Part shown: positions 29,020 to 39,698 of the stretch, in pieces
Position numbering within the stretch: position 1 is the stretch's first letter
Layout of the letters: every line of letters starts with the position of its first letter
Origin: Promethearchaeati archaeon SRVP18_Atabeyarchaeia-1
GTDB taxonomy: Archaea > Asgardarchaeota > Atabeyarchaeia > Atabeyarchaeales > Atabeyarchaeaceae
DNA length: 64,000 bases
NCBI GenBank assembly: GCA_037308085.1
Contig: CP147779.1
Span: 544,001-608,000 of the forward strand
Direction of reading: 5' to 3'
Notes under the pieces: model-generated
Databases searched by the model: none
The model's input: only the letters and a program-made list of their open reading frames with translations
Told to the model about the DNA's origin: nothing
Program-made: the position numbers and the translations under genes

Positions 29020-30045
29020 CTATAGATAGTAGAGTATGTTGACAAGCAGAAACTCTACCAACCCACAGAATCCTCCTATTTTGTCCAGCAGACTAGCTCT
29101 CTTTAGTGCCTTGGGAGCCCCGTGGCGACTCAATGCAATTAATGATGAGCCCAGGACGACCAAGCTTCCTAAAACGACCAGGGGCAATGGGATCATTTTG
29201 GCCCCATCCATGAGCCAGCTAAGGCTGAAGAAGAGTATACCAAAGGAATTGGATGCTGCTGCAACCTTCGCGGCTGTTCCGGTACCGTACCGGCGAGCTA
29301 TCGTCTTTACAGATCTCAGTTTGTCTCCCCTAAGATCTTCGATTCCTTTGATTACTTCTCTTCCAAACAATACGAATGTTGCCGTTAAGAAGTATACCCA
29401 AATCACGGTAGGAAAGAAGAGAAGGGCCTCTCCACTAATCAGAATGAATTCATTACGCGACTCCGCAGCCACTATTGATCCAAAAAACATGCCAAAGCTA
29501 AAGCTCGACGCAACAGCAATATTGCCTATGGGTCCCAAGGCCTTCACCCTGGCTGCGTAAACATACCCAAATGCGGCAAAAACCATCGCCATGATACCAG
29601 CGATCAGGCTTATTGCAAAGGCAAGCGCACCACCTACGAGCCACAGCGTCAACGTTAATGCCTTAGCCTGCCTTAATGTTAGAGCTCCGCGCGGTAGCGG
29701 CCTGCCTGGCTTGTTTACCTTATCAACTTCAATGTCATAGATGTCATTGATAATGTTGCCAGCAGCAGCAATGAACACATAGATGAGATAAGTAAGAACC
29801 AGAATCTCATACAATCTCGAGGGAAAAGGCACACCAAGTTTGGACAGAAGCGTTGAAGGAGGCAAACCTGCCAAATTAAGTGAATACACTCTGTCTGTGG
29901 CAAGTACACCTATTACACAAGTCAACGCTCCCATTAGGCAATTGTGGGGGCGGGTGATCTCAATCAGAGATTTCAATTCCAACCAAATTCCCTCAGTGGC
30001 ACAAGGAACCAGTACACGGTAGTTAAGAATCCCAGAAACCCACAT
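29020..30045 (-). CDS. Digeranylgeranylglyceryl phosphate synthase (UbiA family)
   Basis: RPHN, NDIYDIEVDKVNKP.RPLPRG, REVIKGIED..GD. Confidence 0.88.
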   Translation of the reverse strand: MWVSGILNYRVLVPCATEGIWLELKSLIEITRPHNCLMGALTCVIGVLATDRVYSLNLAGLPPSTLLSKLGVPFPSRLYEILVLTYLIYVFIAAAGNIINDIYDIEVDKVNKPGRPLPRGALTLRQAKALTLTLWLVGGALAFAISLIAGIMAMVFAAFGYVYAARVKALGPIGNIAVASSFSFGMFFGSIVAAESRNEFILISGEALLFFPTVIWVYFLTATFVLFGREVIKGIEDLRGDKLRSVKTIARRYGTGTAAKVAAASNSFGILFFSLSWLMDGAKMIPLPLVVLGSLVVLGSSLIALSRHGAPKALKRASLLDKIGGFCGLVEFLLVNILYYL

Positions 30046-30108
30046 ATAAATGGGTAGGATGGTGTCTCTTATGTACTTGGTGACTATTCGCTCTGTGCTG
30101 ACTGGGGG

Positions 30109-31857
30109 TTGCGGGTCTTGACCGCCTGCGATAATGTCGATGCAGCTCTGGGAAGAGTCAAGGCCGACCTTGTTATCAAGGACGCAAAGATAGTTGACGT
30201 AAACACCCGGGAGATATACGTATCTGACATAGCTACTAAAGGAGAAAGGGTCGTCCTGGTAGGCGATTCCTCTGGATTAGTTGGGAGTGCCACGTCAATA
30301 ATCAACGCGGACGGCATGTACGCGGTCCCAGGTTTTGTCGATGCACATCTCCATGTTGAGAGTAGCATGCTCACGCCCACTGAATTCTGTAAAGTCGTGA
30401 CAGGTCATGGCACTACAACAATAATATGGGATCCGCACGAAGTCGTGAATGTTGCCGGCATAGAGGCGCTGAGAATAGCTATCAGGGAAACTGCGAGGCT
30501 TCCTCTTCATGTCTACTTTGTTGTTCCTTCCTGCGTCCCCTCCGCGCCCGGTAAAGAGACCTCAGGAGCCTGCGTCAGTACTGCGCAGGTTTCGGAAGCA
30601 TTAGGTTTGGATAGGGTTATTGGGCTAGGAGAAGTAATGGATTACCCTGGTGTTCTGTCATGTTCCACGGAAGTAATAGGCAAGATTGAGGAGGCTCGAC
30701 GAAGGCGCGTGATAATCGACGGTCACGCTCCTGGATTGCGGGGAAAGGAACTATGTGCCTACATTGCTTCGGGCGTTCGCTCAGATCATGAGTCTGTTAG
30801 TGGAGAAGAGGGACTAGAGAAGCTCCGCCGTGGGATCTGGCTAATGATAAGGGAAAGCTCGACATCAAAGGATCTCAGCAATCTCATCAAGCCCCTAGTT
30901 GAAGGCAAGGTGGACACCAGGCATTGTATGTTCGTATCCGATGATAGGTCGGTCAATGATCTTATTCTTGAAGGGCACATTGATCATATCCTGCGCAAGG
31001 CCATATCTGGGGGTATTGACTTCATGACAGCCGTCCAACTTGCGACAATCAATCCAGCAACCTACGCTCGATTGGACAGTGAGACAGGTAGCATATCGCC
31101 CGGTCGATTTGCGGACATTCTTCTTCTTAGTGATCCTGGCAAGGTTAGAATAGGGAAAGTCGTCATTGGCGGGAGACAATTAGATCGCGGTCTTACATAT
31201 GGGGATTTCAAGTATCCAAGAAAGCTTACAAGAACAGTCAAGTTAAAGAGAAAGCTTGTACCCGCTGATTTCGAATTTGAGTCGAGTAATGATGAGGAAG
31301 CTGATGTCACTGCCATTGGAATGAGAGAAGGAACTCTCTTAACATCTAATGAGAGAAGACGGGTTAAGACCAGCCATGGAGCTATCCAGGCCCCCAGAGA
31401 CGTCCTTCTCGCCTCAGTTGTCGAGAGACACCGGCGCACTGGAAACGTTGGAAAGGGCTTCATAGTCGGGTTGGGTCCCCTTGATGGAGCGCTTGCGCAA
31501 ACCATCGCTCATGACTCCCACAATATGATAGTCGTAGGATCCAATTCTAGAGACATGCTGAATGCTGCCAGGGCAGTTTATGACATGCAGGGGGGGATAG
31601 CGTTATCAAGCCGCGGAAAGCTTGTTGCTTTCTTGGCTCTTAATATCGCGGGTCTAATGAGCACAGAGTCTGCTGAAGAGGTTGCTAGGAAGAAGGAATT
31701 AATTGAGGGAGAAGGGCGGAAGTTGGGGCTTTGGGCAAAATCCCCAATAGCGAGCCTTAGTTTCGTGTCCTTGCCTGTGATCCCTTCACTCAGATTGACC
31801 GACAAGGGTTTGCTCGATGTCGACCGAGGGGTCTTCATTGACCCAGTTGTAAGATGA
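30109..31857 (+). CDS. ade: Adenine deaminase
   Basis: PGFVDAHLHVESS, DPHE, DGHAPG, SDHE, AHDSHN. Confidence 0.95.
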   Translation: MRVLTACDNVDAALGRVKADLVIKDAKIVDVNTREIYVSDIATKGERVVLVGDSSGLVGSATSIINADGMYAVPGFVDAHLHVESSMLTPTEFCKVVTGHGTTTIIWDPHEVVNVAGIEALRIAIRETARLPLHVYFVVPSCVPSAPGKETSGACVSTAQVSEALGLDRVIGLGEVMDYPGVLSCSTEVIGKIEEARRRRVIIDGHAPGLRGKELCAYIASGVRSDHESVSGEEGLEKLRRGIWLMIRESSTSKDLSNLIKPLVEGKVDTRHCMFVSDDRSVNDLILEGHIDHILRKAISGGIDFMTAVQLATINPATYARLDSETGSISPGRFADILLLSDPGKVRIGKVVIGGRQLDRGLTYGDFKYPRKLTRTVKLKRKLVPADFEFESSNDEEADVTAIGMREGTLLTSNERRRVKTSHGAIQAPRDVLLASVVERHRRTGNVGKGFIVGLGPLDGALAQTIAHDSHNMIVVGSNSRDMLNAARAVYDMQGGIALSSRGKLVAFLALNIAGLMSTESAEEVARKKELIEGEGRKLGLWAKSPIASLSFVSLPVIPSLRLTDKGLLDVDRGVFIDPVVR

Positions 31858-31913
31858 AAACCTGATAATGTTGCAGCCAACCTGTTTCAGATAATGGCGG
31901 TTGATGAACCATC

Positions 31914-32639
31914 ATGGGTAGCTATGACTTGCATGCAGTTCCTGGAAGGTGGACGTGGAAGGCCTCCCTCGACGTGGCCTTGTTCACGCTATTGCTAAAC
32001 ATCACACTCTCTTTTGTGCTGACAGCTTTGTTGCAGAACGTCTCTGGCTCACTCAACCAGCCGATACTCGGTACACCGCTCGGGACATCGTTTCTGGGGG
32101 CTGCAGAAGCAGTTTTCTTGATTCCGCTGTATCTCTATTCGAAGAGATTTGAGGTAAGTCGTCTCCAATTGGGAGTACATGTAGCGAACTGGCGCCAGGG
32201 GCTCACTGATGTGGCGTGTGGGTTTCTGTTTGGACTGGCAATGGTTCCCGTCTCAGTTTCACTATCAACATTAAATGAGTTGATACTTGGGCCACAACCT
32301 GGAGGAGAGTATATTAGGAGATCCTTTTCTGTGGCTTCACCTCTTGAGCTTGCTCTTCTTCTATCCGTGATCGCCTTTGCCGTGGCGCCCGTAGAAGAAG
32401 TCATTTCAAGGGGATTCATCCAGCAAGGCTTCGAGAGAGGCTTCGGGAAGCTCAAAGGCCTCGTTCTAGCATCTTTCTTGTTCTCAGTTATGCATCTTGA
32501 TTTCTGGTCGATTTTTCCCTTGCTGATTTTGGGCATGCTCCTCGGCTTTGTTTTTCAGCTTAGGGGCGGGAGGGTTCTAGCACCGATCACTTCCCATGCC
32601 GTGTATATGGTATGCTTGGTTATCATTGCTTCAACATGA
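31914..32639 (+). CDS. CPBP/Abi (CAAX protease-like) intramembrane metalloprotease
   Basis: EEVISRG, FSVMH, H motif; TM segments. Confidence 0.85.
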   Translation: MGSYDLHAVPGRWTWKASLDVALFTLLLNITLSFVLTALLQNVSGSLNQPILGTPLGTSFLGAAEAVFLIPLYLYSKRFEVSRLQLGVHVANWRQGLTDVACGFLFGLAMVPVSVSLSTLNELILGPQPGGEYIRRSFSVASPLELALLLSVIAFAVAPVEEVISRGFIQQGFERGFGKLKGLVLASFLFSVMHLDFWSIFPLLILGMLLGFVFQLRGGRVLAPITSHAVYMVCLVIIAST

Positions 32640-32947
32640 GGAATCGCCAAGAGAGATGTTAGGGCTACCCCATCACCGAAAACTAGCATATTTCTGGGAG
32701 GCATGGGGAGGTCTTGAAACCGCCTACAGGGGTAGCCGTACTCCAGTGGGAAGACTTGGGGATAAAAAGACCACTAGCAGAATCGAATAATCGTAGGAGA
32801 AAAGGCGAGTGAACGAGACACGCATCGTCTCTGACCGGAGCCGTGGATTACTGTTTCCCCCATGATACTCGTTGTTGGGCTTTTTATATCGCGCCCAAGA
32901 AGACGATAGTAGCAGATCCAGATATCAAGTAGTAAGGAGGAAGTAAG

Positions 32948-33550
32948 TTGTCGGAGGCTCTTTGTGCCTATTCACAGAACAGCGTTCTAAAGATCGTGGT
33001 GGCTGGAGATGGAGGCGTCGGGAAGACTAGCCTAATCAGAAGGTATGTTTCAGATTGCTTCAATCCATCTGAGCACATAACAATTGGCTGTGACTTTCAC
33101 ACCAAAACGATAGAAGCTGAAGTAGGGGGCAAATACAAGTTACAAATATGGGATCTCGGTGGTCAGGAGCAATTTAGGATGCTGCTGCCATTATGGTCAA
33201 AAGGTCTTAGAGGGGCAATCCTGACCTTTGACGTGGGAAGCATAGAGTCGTATCTACACCTTGATGAATGGCTAGCGCTTATACTGAATGGAGAGAGGCA
33301 CAGAAAGTTTCCTATAATCGTTGTTGGAAACAAGAGAGACTTGTCGGATGGCGCGATCAGGGAGAGTGATTTGGAGAGTTATGTTGCTAAGAGGGGGTTG
33401 AACGCTTACTACTTGGTGAGCGCCAAGGATGGCACCAGTGTTGCATCTCCATTCGTAGGTCTTCTCAACCTGATCCTAAGCACCGAAGGCGTGAGTGGTG
33501 GTTCTCAAGATGGAAAGCAGCAGGCATCTGCAGCAGAACTACTTGGATGA
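32948..33550 (+). CDS. Rab-like small GTPase
   Basis: GDGGVGKT, TIGCDF, LQIWDLGGQEQF, GNKRD, SAK. Confidence 0.92.
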   Translation: MSEALCAYSQNSVLKIVVAGDGGVGKTSLIRRYVSDCFNPSEHITIGCDFHTKTIEAEVGGKYKLQIWDLGGQEQFRMLLPLWSKGLRGAILTFDVGSIESYLHLDEWLALILNGERHRKFPIIVVGNKRDLSDGAIRESDLESYVAKRGLNAYYLVSAKDGTSVASPFVGLLNLILSTEGVSGGSQDGKQQASAAELLG

Positions 33551-34385
33551 GACATTCGATGCCCGAGGCTTCTGCTCCCTCTGCGGGCGTCTCGTCTCAA
33601 GAAGTTTCTCGAAGAGATTTGTCATATCTGAGGAAGAAATATCGCGGATAATGGATCAAGAGAACATACAAATCGAGCCAACTCCTCACGTCCACATATT
33701 CTGGATTGACAGGAATTTCTGCGTTCGAAGAGTCGAGGGAGTAAAGGTGCGGGACGAAGGGCTGAAGACCCAGACCCGAATAGTGGACGAAACCCTCAAC
33801 CCTCACAAGGAGAGTAATGTGGTTCTCCTCGGCGATAATTTCATATCTAGCTTCAACAAGATAGGAGGCTTTCTGATTAGAAATGGGAGTACTGTCATAG
33901 AATCCATGCCAAGAGCCACCGAAAACTCCCTAATAACAAAGTACTCCTCTGATCACGATGTTGCTGTTTCTATCCTGCCATGCAACTCTTCCAGCATTTC
34001 GAATCTCTCGGAATGGGTCAAGACATTCGTGAAGGCAATAGAGAATTCCCAGAAAGACCTAGATTCAAACTCCATTTGGCTAGCACTGAGCTACGGGGAC
34101 ACGAATGCGGAGAGGGTGCCCGTGGCCGTTGACGAGAAGATAATCTCTCTGTTGCTTTCGTCCAGACATCTTGCCGCCACGCTTCGACCTGAAATCAAAT
34201 CTCTGATCTTGAGTTTCTCAGATGAGCTGGGCGTGGAGCTGGACAGCGTAGAGCAATCCTTTAACCTGAAAAACCTATACGACGAGGTCGAGGATATGAT
34301 AAAACGAGTTGGCGTAGGCAAGACTTCAAAGCTGTTCTTCAAGCTCTTCAACAATAGGATGCTCAAGATCGAGCGGCTAGCCTAG
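33495..34385 (+). CDS. Hypothetical protein overlapping the Rab-like gene, with a CxxC/HxH N-terminal domain
   Basis: CSLC..PHVHIFWIDRNFCVR; ATG start possibly 33509-33511. Confidence 0.6.
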   Translation: MVVLKMESSRHLQQNYLDETFDARGFCSLCGRLVSRSFSKRFVISEEEISRIMDQENIQIEPTPHVHIFWIDRNFCVRRVEGVKVRDEGLKTQTRIVDETLNPHKESNVVLLGDNFISSFNKIGGFLIRNGSTVIESMPRATENSLITKYSSDHDVAVSILPCNSSSISNLSEWVKTFVKAIENSQKDLDSNSIWLALSYGDTNAERVPVAVDEKIISLLLSSRHLAATLRPEIKSLILSFSDELGVELDSVEQSFNLKNLYDEVEDMIKRVGVGKTSKLFFKLFNNRMLKIERLA

Positions 34386-34584
34386 ATCCAGCAAGTTGAA
34401 GCGCGAGTTCGTTCTCCTTCTTTGTCAATGCTGGGCCGTGGTCGGTATATGGAGTCAGAGATCAGAGATGCCAATATTTATATGCCGCGTTTTCTCTTCT
34501 CAATCCTAGCTCAGCTTCCGTTACGCACGGAGAGAAGAAGCATAGAGAGCTCAAAAGCTACTCTAGAGGAAAAGGTGTCGCGAG

Positions 34585-35544
34585 TTGACGCTTGAGACGC
34601 TAGTAGATTCCGGAAAGCGATTCCTACTTTTCGGTGGCAAGGGGGGAGTTGGCAAAACGAGTTGTGCCGCGGCCACATCAGTATGGGCGGCAAACAGGGG
34701 GTACGACGTGCTTGCAATTAGCACCGACCCAGCCCATAGCCTTGGGGTCATCTTTAACCAGAAGATAGGACCTGAAGTCAAGGCGATCAAGGGAGTCAAG
34801 AACCTATCTGGGCTAGAGATAGATCCAAAAGTAGCGTATGGTCAACTACAGGGCGAGCTCTCGAAAACAGGAAAACAAGATCTCTCATCCCTTGGTATTG
34901 ATTCCATGAGCGATTTAGACGTTGGCGCGCCTCCAGGTGCGGATGAGGCATTGGCATTCGCTAAGGTGTTGGAGTACATCGAGAAACCTGATCACGATCT
35001 CATAGTCTTTGATACAGCCCCGACAGGTCACACTCTCCGCCTGCTGTCATTGCCTGACGTACTAAACAGTTGGCTGGGCAAGATGATCAAGTTGAGGTTC
35101 ACCATGGGCAAAATTTGGGGCGGCCTCAAGAGCCTTGTCGGACGAGGCGCCGAAGAGAAGGATGATAGCATGAAGGCCTTAGAGAGGATGAAGGGGACAG
35201 TCGAGAAGGCTAGGGCTGAACTCAGCAACAAAGATAGGACCAGCTTCGTTCCAGTAATGATACCGGAGGCAATGGCTGTGGAGCAGACTGAGATGCTCCT
35301 GACCGCACTATACGAATTTGAGATACCTGTCTCGCATCTAATTGTAAACATGATCTTTCCAGAGGATGTGTCATGCAAGTTCTGCGAGGCTAGGAAGAAG
35401 ATGCAGGATCGCCACCTAGTCGAGATCCGCCGGTTGTACTCGGATCAGTTTAGGCTCACCGAATTGCCACTTCTCGAGGCGGAGGTGAGAGGACTAGACG
35501 AAATCAAGCACCTGTCAAAGTATCTTTTTGCAGACAAGAGTTAA
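34585..35544 (+). CDS. ArsA/Get3 (TRC40) family ATPase
   Basis: GGKGGVGKT, STDPAHSL, DTAPTGHTLRLL, CKFC. Confidence 0.9.
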   Translation: MTLETLVDSGKRFLLFGGKGGVGKTSCAAATSVWAANRGYDVLAISTDPAHSLGVIFNQKIGPEVKAIKGVKNLSGLEIDPKVAYGQLQGELSKTGKQDLSSLGIDSMSDLDVGAPPGADEALAFAKVLEYIEKPDHDLIVFDTAPTGHTLRLLSLPDVLNSWLGKMIKLRFTMGKIWGGLKSLVGRGAEEKDDSMKALERMKGTVEKARAELSNKDRTSFVPVMIPEAMAVEQTEMLLTALYEFEIPVSHLIVNMIFPEDVSCKFCEARKKMQDRHLVEIRRLYSDQFRLTELPLLEAEVRGLDEIKHLSKYLFADKS

Positions 35545-35622
35545 GCCCAGGACAACATCCCTACAAAATCGCGAGGATGCCCCTTCAAGACCCGCCCTCA
35601 GAGGGGATGGATTCCTGCCTGC

Positions 35623-37164
35623 TCAGACAAATCCACTTATCATGCGGGTCGACAAGATGAATACCACCAAGAACACGGACGCCGATGAACACAGATAGAC
35701 GGCTGGCTTCTCTATTCCGACGGCTTTTGCAACGTTGAATGTGTTTGTTAGCGTCATTAGTAGGAGAACCATGACTGAGACCATGGCATCGCTGCTCCAG
35801 AGCGACGACGTGAAGAAGCTAAGACTGAACTGTCGCATACCGACCATCATGAATAGCGGCGAGAGAGCCGCGATTAGACCCAGAGCTGCAGAGGAGAATA
35901 CTGAAAGAAGCTTCGCCTTGAATCTCTGGGCTCCCAGAACATTCTCTCTTTCTTCAATCAGAGTCTGGTTCTCTTTTATGTAGGATGCAACGTCTATCAG
36001 CCGCTCGCCTGCCACTTCAGCGGTTCTCTCAATCATGAGAGGCAGAGTACCTAGGACTTGGCGACACTGGGGATTCGAAAAGCTGTTGGCGAATCGCATC
36101 CAAGCTTCGCCGAATGTTTCACCGTCATAGATAATTCTGTATGTCAATTCATTGAGAATTGGGCTGAGCCATCCTCGATATATCTCGCTCGCTCTCTTTA
36201 CGGCTCTCTCAGGGGACACGTTCTCTCTATGTAGCAGCTCTCCCAAAATTGACATCAGAATGATTGTTTCTTGCAGTTCTTCTTTCAGCGTGTGGTTCAG
36301 CAGACCTTTGGCGCGCTGACCGCTGTTCTCCCCGCCAAGGATCTGTACGTTTCTGACAGGTTTCATCAGTCTTCTTTGAAGTACATAGAGAAGGACACTG
36401 AACAGTAGGGCCACGAAGACCATGGAAAGCAGGTTACGCCACAGGTTATTTATGAAAATGGCTATTGAGAAGATGATAGGCCAGAAAGTTCCAAATCCGA
36501 CTATAAGGAGTATTCTCGTCTCTGTCTGCATCGTGTATTTCTCGTATTCGAATTCAGCTTCGCCTCTTCTGCCTTGAAGTACTCTCTTGATTTCGCTCCA
36601 CTCCAGATTGAGAGATATTGCGTCCATTAGGTGCCTCCGGAGTGTCTCACAAGGCTGATAATTCGCATACCTCATGACAAGCTCCTCAGGTCTATCGCCA
36701 TTGTTCACATGTTCGACGATTCTTGAGAAGGCTTTCGAGACGATAGGGTGTTTACCCATTACTACCATTTTGGCCAAGTCAAAAATGGATTCTGACCCAG
36801 CTGAGGCCAATATGATCTCTTGAAGGATGAGGGGGGTCTCATAGGAGATTGTCAGTTTCTCTCTTTCAAGCTCCCTTGGAATCCAGTTTAAGAACCAAGA
36901 AGCAATACTGTAGGCAACTAACAGACCAATTAAGAGACTGAGATAGCCCACTAGATAGAAGAGCAGTGATGCTGAGGCAGCGAAGCTGATGAGGAACACC
37001 AGCGCTGACCCCGCGGCGACATCTTGGGGGATGAGACCGTACCTATGGCAATGTCTCGTTGTGATCGATGTCTTGCCCTTAAGTAGCCTGCCGCCAAGCG
37101 CACGCGCCACTCTGTGGTTCGTCGCTGTTTTGCAGATTTTGACAAAAGTCTTAGGGTTGGTCAA
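35623..37164 (-). CDS. Type II secretion F / TadBC-FlaJ-like membrane platform protein
   Basis: Two cytoplasmic helical domains, each followed by TM clusters. Confidence 0.55.
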   Translation of the reverse strand: MTNPKTFVKICKTATNHRVARALGGRLLKGKTSITTRHCHRYGLIPQDVAAGSALVFLISFAASASLLFYLVGYLSLLIGLLVAYSIASWFLNWIPRELEREKLTISYETPLILQEIILASAGSESIFDLAKMVVMGKHPIVSKAFSRIVEHVNNGDRPEELVMRYANYQPCETLRRHLMDAISLNLEWSEIKRVLQGRRGEAEFEYEKYTMQTETRILLIVGFGTFWPIIFSIAIFINNLWRNLLSMVFVALLFSVLLYVLQRRLMKPVRNVQILGGENSGQRAKGLLNHTLKEELQETIILMSILGELLHRENVSPERAVKRASEIYRGWLSPILNELTYRIIYDGETFGEAWMRFANSFSNPQCRQVLGTLPLMIERTAEVAGERLIDVASYIKENQTLIEERENVLGAQRFKAKLLSVFSSAALGLIAALSPLFMMVGMRQFSLSFFTSSLWSSDAMVSVMVLLLMTLTNTFNVAKAVGIEKPAVYLCSSASVFLVVFILSTRMISGFV

Positions 37165-37325
37165 GACAAGTCCATCTCACTCAGGAGCTCAGTGAATTGA
37201 TGCGAAGGAAGCGCCTCAGTTGCTCTCAATTAGGTATTTTTGCCCGATCGTTATAAACTCCGAGTGACTGGGTATAACCTAGGGAGACTGGATAGGTCTG
37301 ACCGCAATTCTCATCTTATCGAGAG

Positions 37326-38474
37326 ATGATTCATCTCAATATTGAAGATCTGATCACTACACCAGGTGTTGTGCTAGGCTTGCAGGGCGTCGTTCTGGCC
37401 GCTGGGACAGGTACAAGAATTATGCCTCTGACAGAGACAATTCCCAAGGCACTTCTACCCATTGCGAATCGACCCATCCTGGAATATGTGTTGGATTCGC
37501 TGGAACGGGCTGGACTCAAAGAAATAGTTGTTGTTACGGGGCATTTAGGACGAAAGTTAGAGGAATTCTTGAAGGTTTCACTGGACCATGGAGACGCCGA
37601 TGTCAGACCCGTTAATGCTATTGATTATGGAAGAGGACCTATCTTCTCACTACTGGCGGCAGAGAACCATGTCACGGATGACTTTGTTCTGGCACCTGTT
37701 GACTTGATCCTCGCACCTCGAATACTTGCCAGACTCTTGTCAAGTCGTGTCGAAGAGGATACAGCCTACATAGCAGTTCGGGATCGGGATCAGGGAATGG
37801 GGGGAACTCCAGTCACATATTATCAGCCCCCAGCAGATGATCTCGGCTCCGTGGTTGCGTTCGGGCCTTCTGGTGCGCGGCGAGATAGCATGATGAAAGG
37901 CAAGGTCGCTGTGGGCACCTCTGTAGGCGTTACAGTGTGTCCAAGGAAGATATTCGACTATGCACACGCTGCAGCCAGGAATGGCTCAACGAGGGTCGTT
38001 GACGCACTCAACCTCTTCTTCTCCGAAAATGGCAAAGGAAGATGCGTTAAGATTGGCGATGAAGATTACTGTTTCGATGTTGACACTGTTGAAATGGCTC
38101 TTTCTGCTAACAGGTACATCCTTCAAAACTCACTTATAGGAGACAAACCTAGAGGAAAGCTGTTCCCTGACCAACTTGCACTCTGGTCAAGTGACGAATC
38201 TCCCGATTCAAGTCATTCAATCGCAAGGATTATTGGTCCATCAATTATCGGCAGAAGTTGCGAAATAGGAGTCGGAAGTAGTCTAGGACCATTTGTCTCT
38301 GTTCAGGACGACTGCGTCATAGGGACCAACGTGACTTGCACGAATTCAATAATAACCGGCGGGTCAAGGATAAATGCTGGTAGCACGATAAGGGATGCCA
38401 TAACTATAGACCACGAAATCATATCCACCGGAAGCCACAGAGGAACAAACCCACACAGAGATGGGAAAAATTGA
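37326..38474 (+). CDS. NDP-sugar pyrophosphorylase / nucleotidyltransferase with left-handed beta-helix
   Basis: LAAGTGTR..P...PKALLP, C-terminal hexapeptide repeats. Confidence 0.85.
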   Translation: MIHLNIEDLITTPGVVLGLQGVVLAAGTGTRIMPLTETIPKALLPIANRPILEYVLDSLERAGLKEIVVVTGHLGRKLEEFLKVSLDHGDADVRPVNAIDYGRGPIFSLLAAENHVTDDFVLAPVDLILAPRILARLLSSRVEEDTAYIAVRDRDQGMGGTPVTYYQPPADDLGSVVAFGPSGARRDSMMKGKVAVGTSVGVTVCPRKIFDYAHAAARNGSTRVVDALNLFFSENGKGRCVKIGDEDYCFDVDTVEMALSANRYILQNSLIGDKPRGKLFPDQLALWSSDESPDSSHSIARIIGPSIIGRSCEIGVGSSLGPFVSVQDDCVIGTNVTCTNSIITGGSRINAGSTIRDAITIDHEIISTGSHRGTNPHRDGKN

Positions 38475-39163
38475 CTGAGAATAGACTGAGGCTGAGAACG
38501 GTATTTCGACCAGTGATTGATCCCGTAGCATCCCTATTCACGAGGCTGAGACTAACCCCCAACATGGTGACAGCATTTGGCGCGTTACTGGCTACCACAA
38601 CCCCATTCTTGATGGCGAACAGCGAATACCTGCTCTTCGGCATAATGGTTTTTCTTGTCGGGTTTCTGGACGGTGTGGATGGCGCGATTGCACGTATGAC
38701 TGGGACCTCTACCAAATGGGGAGGATTCCTGGACTCGATGCTGGACCGCTATGGCGATTCACTGATTCTACTGTCATACCTCTTCATCCCAGTAGCTGCG
38801 CCACTCGGCGAAACCAAGGTTCTTGCAATTCAATTCAGGATGTGGATCTGCGTCGCGATCATAGGCTCGTTGATGGTCAGCTACACAAGGGCGAAAAGTG
38901 AAGCGATTGGAGTTAGACAGGCGGATGTTGGCATAGCAGCAAGATCCGAGAGGTTATTATTATTGTCAGTGACGGGGATTTTGGGCTGCATTAATGAGTA
39001 TATTGCAGTCTACGGTCTAGTGGCAGTGGCAGCATTGGCCAACTTCACCGCGCTTTACCGAATAGCCCACACTAATGCGATCCTGCGAAGGGAGGAAGAG
39101 AATCTCAAACAGTGTGGAAAGGATGTGCATCCAAAAAGAGGAAATCGTCAGAGGCATTCATGA
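38471..39163 (+). CDS. CDP-alcohol phosphatidyltransferase (archaetidylinositol phosphate synthase-like)
   Basis: TPN..T, DGVDGAIAR..G.FLDS.LDR..D, SYTRAKSE. Confidence 0.88.
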   Translation: MTENRLRLRTVFRPVIDPVASLFTRLRLTPNMVTAFGALLATTTPFLMANSEYLLFGIMVFLVGFLDGVDGAIARMTGTSTKWGGFLDSMLDRYGDSLILLSYLFIPVAAPLGETKVLAIQFRMWICVAIIGSLMVSYTRAKSEAIGVRQADVGIAARSERLLLLSVTGILGCINEYIAVYGLVAVAALANFTALYRIAHTNAILRREEENLKQCGKDVHPKRGNRQRHS

Positions 39164-39199
39164 CAATAGGAAACCAGTATATGAAGGAGGGATAGCTAG

Positions 39200-39634
39200 T
39201 TGCCTGCGTTCAGAATAGATTTCTACGTTCAAGCAACATTAGACCACGAAGTGCGGTTTGAGGAAGACTCCAAAAGAATGATGGAGACTCTCAGGAAGAT
39301 TCAGGTCCTGAAGAACATTAAGATGAGTGAAGTGAAGTCGTCTAACGACAAATGGTTCGAGTTCGAGGGAAATATCGATATTCCCCAAGGCTCTAAAGCA
39401 TTTCTCGCACTGCTGAAACGCAAGGATCAAGAAGATCCATACAACATTTTCTTGAGGATCGACGTGAACAAGGAGTCCGATACCCGAGAAAGGGCTGAGA
39501 AGGAGACTAGGGAATGGATTGAGAGCACATTTGGCCAACCCGTAAAGGGTGCAATGGGCATCGCCAAAATCAAGATCGCGACTCCGCTTGAGATCATCAA
39601 GGACAAGAAGGGTAGCCGCAAGTCGGTCGCCTAG
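39200..39634 (+). CDS. Hypothetical protein
   Basis: 144-aa ORF with GGAGG RBS, operonic position. Confidence 0.65.
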   Translation: MPAFRIDFYVQATLDHEVRFEEDSKRMMETLRKIQVLKNIKMSEVKSSNDKWFEFEGNIDIPQGSKAFLALLKRKDQEDPYNIFLRIDVNKESDTRERAEKETREWIESTFGQPVKGAMGIAKIKIATPLEIIKDKKGSRKSVA

Positions 39635-39698
39635 CCAGAGCCGAGTGAACTCGATTACCTGGGATAAGTGTCAACACGAGAAGTAACGTGATAGAATT

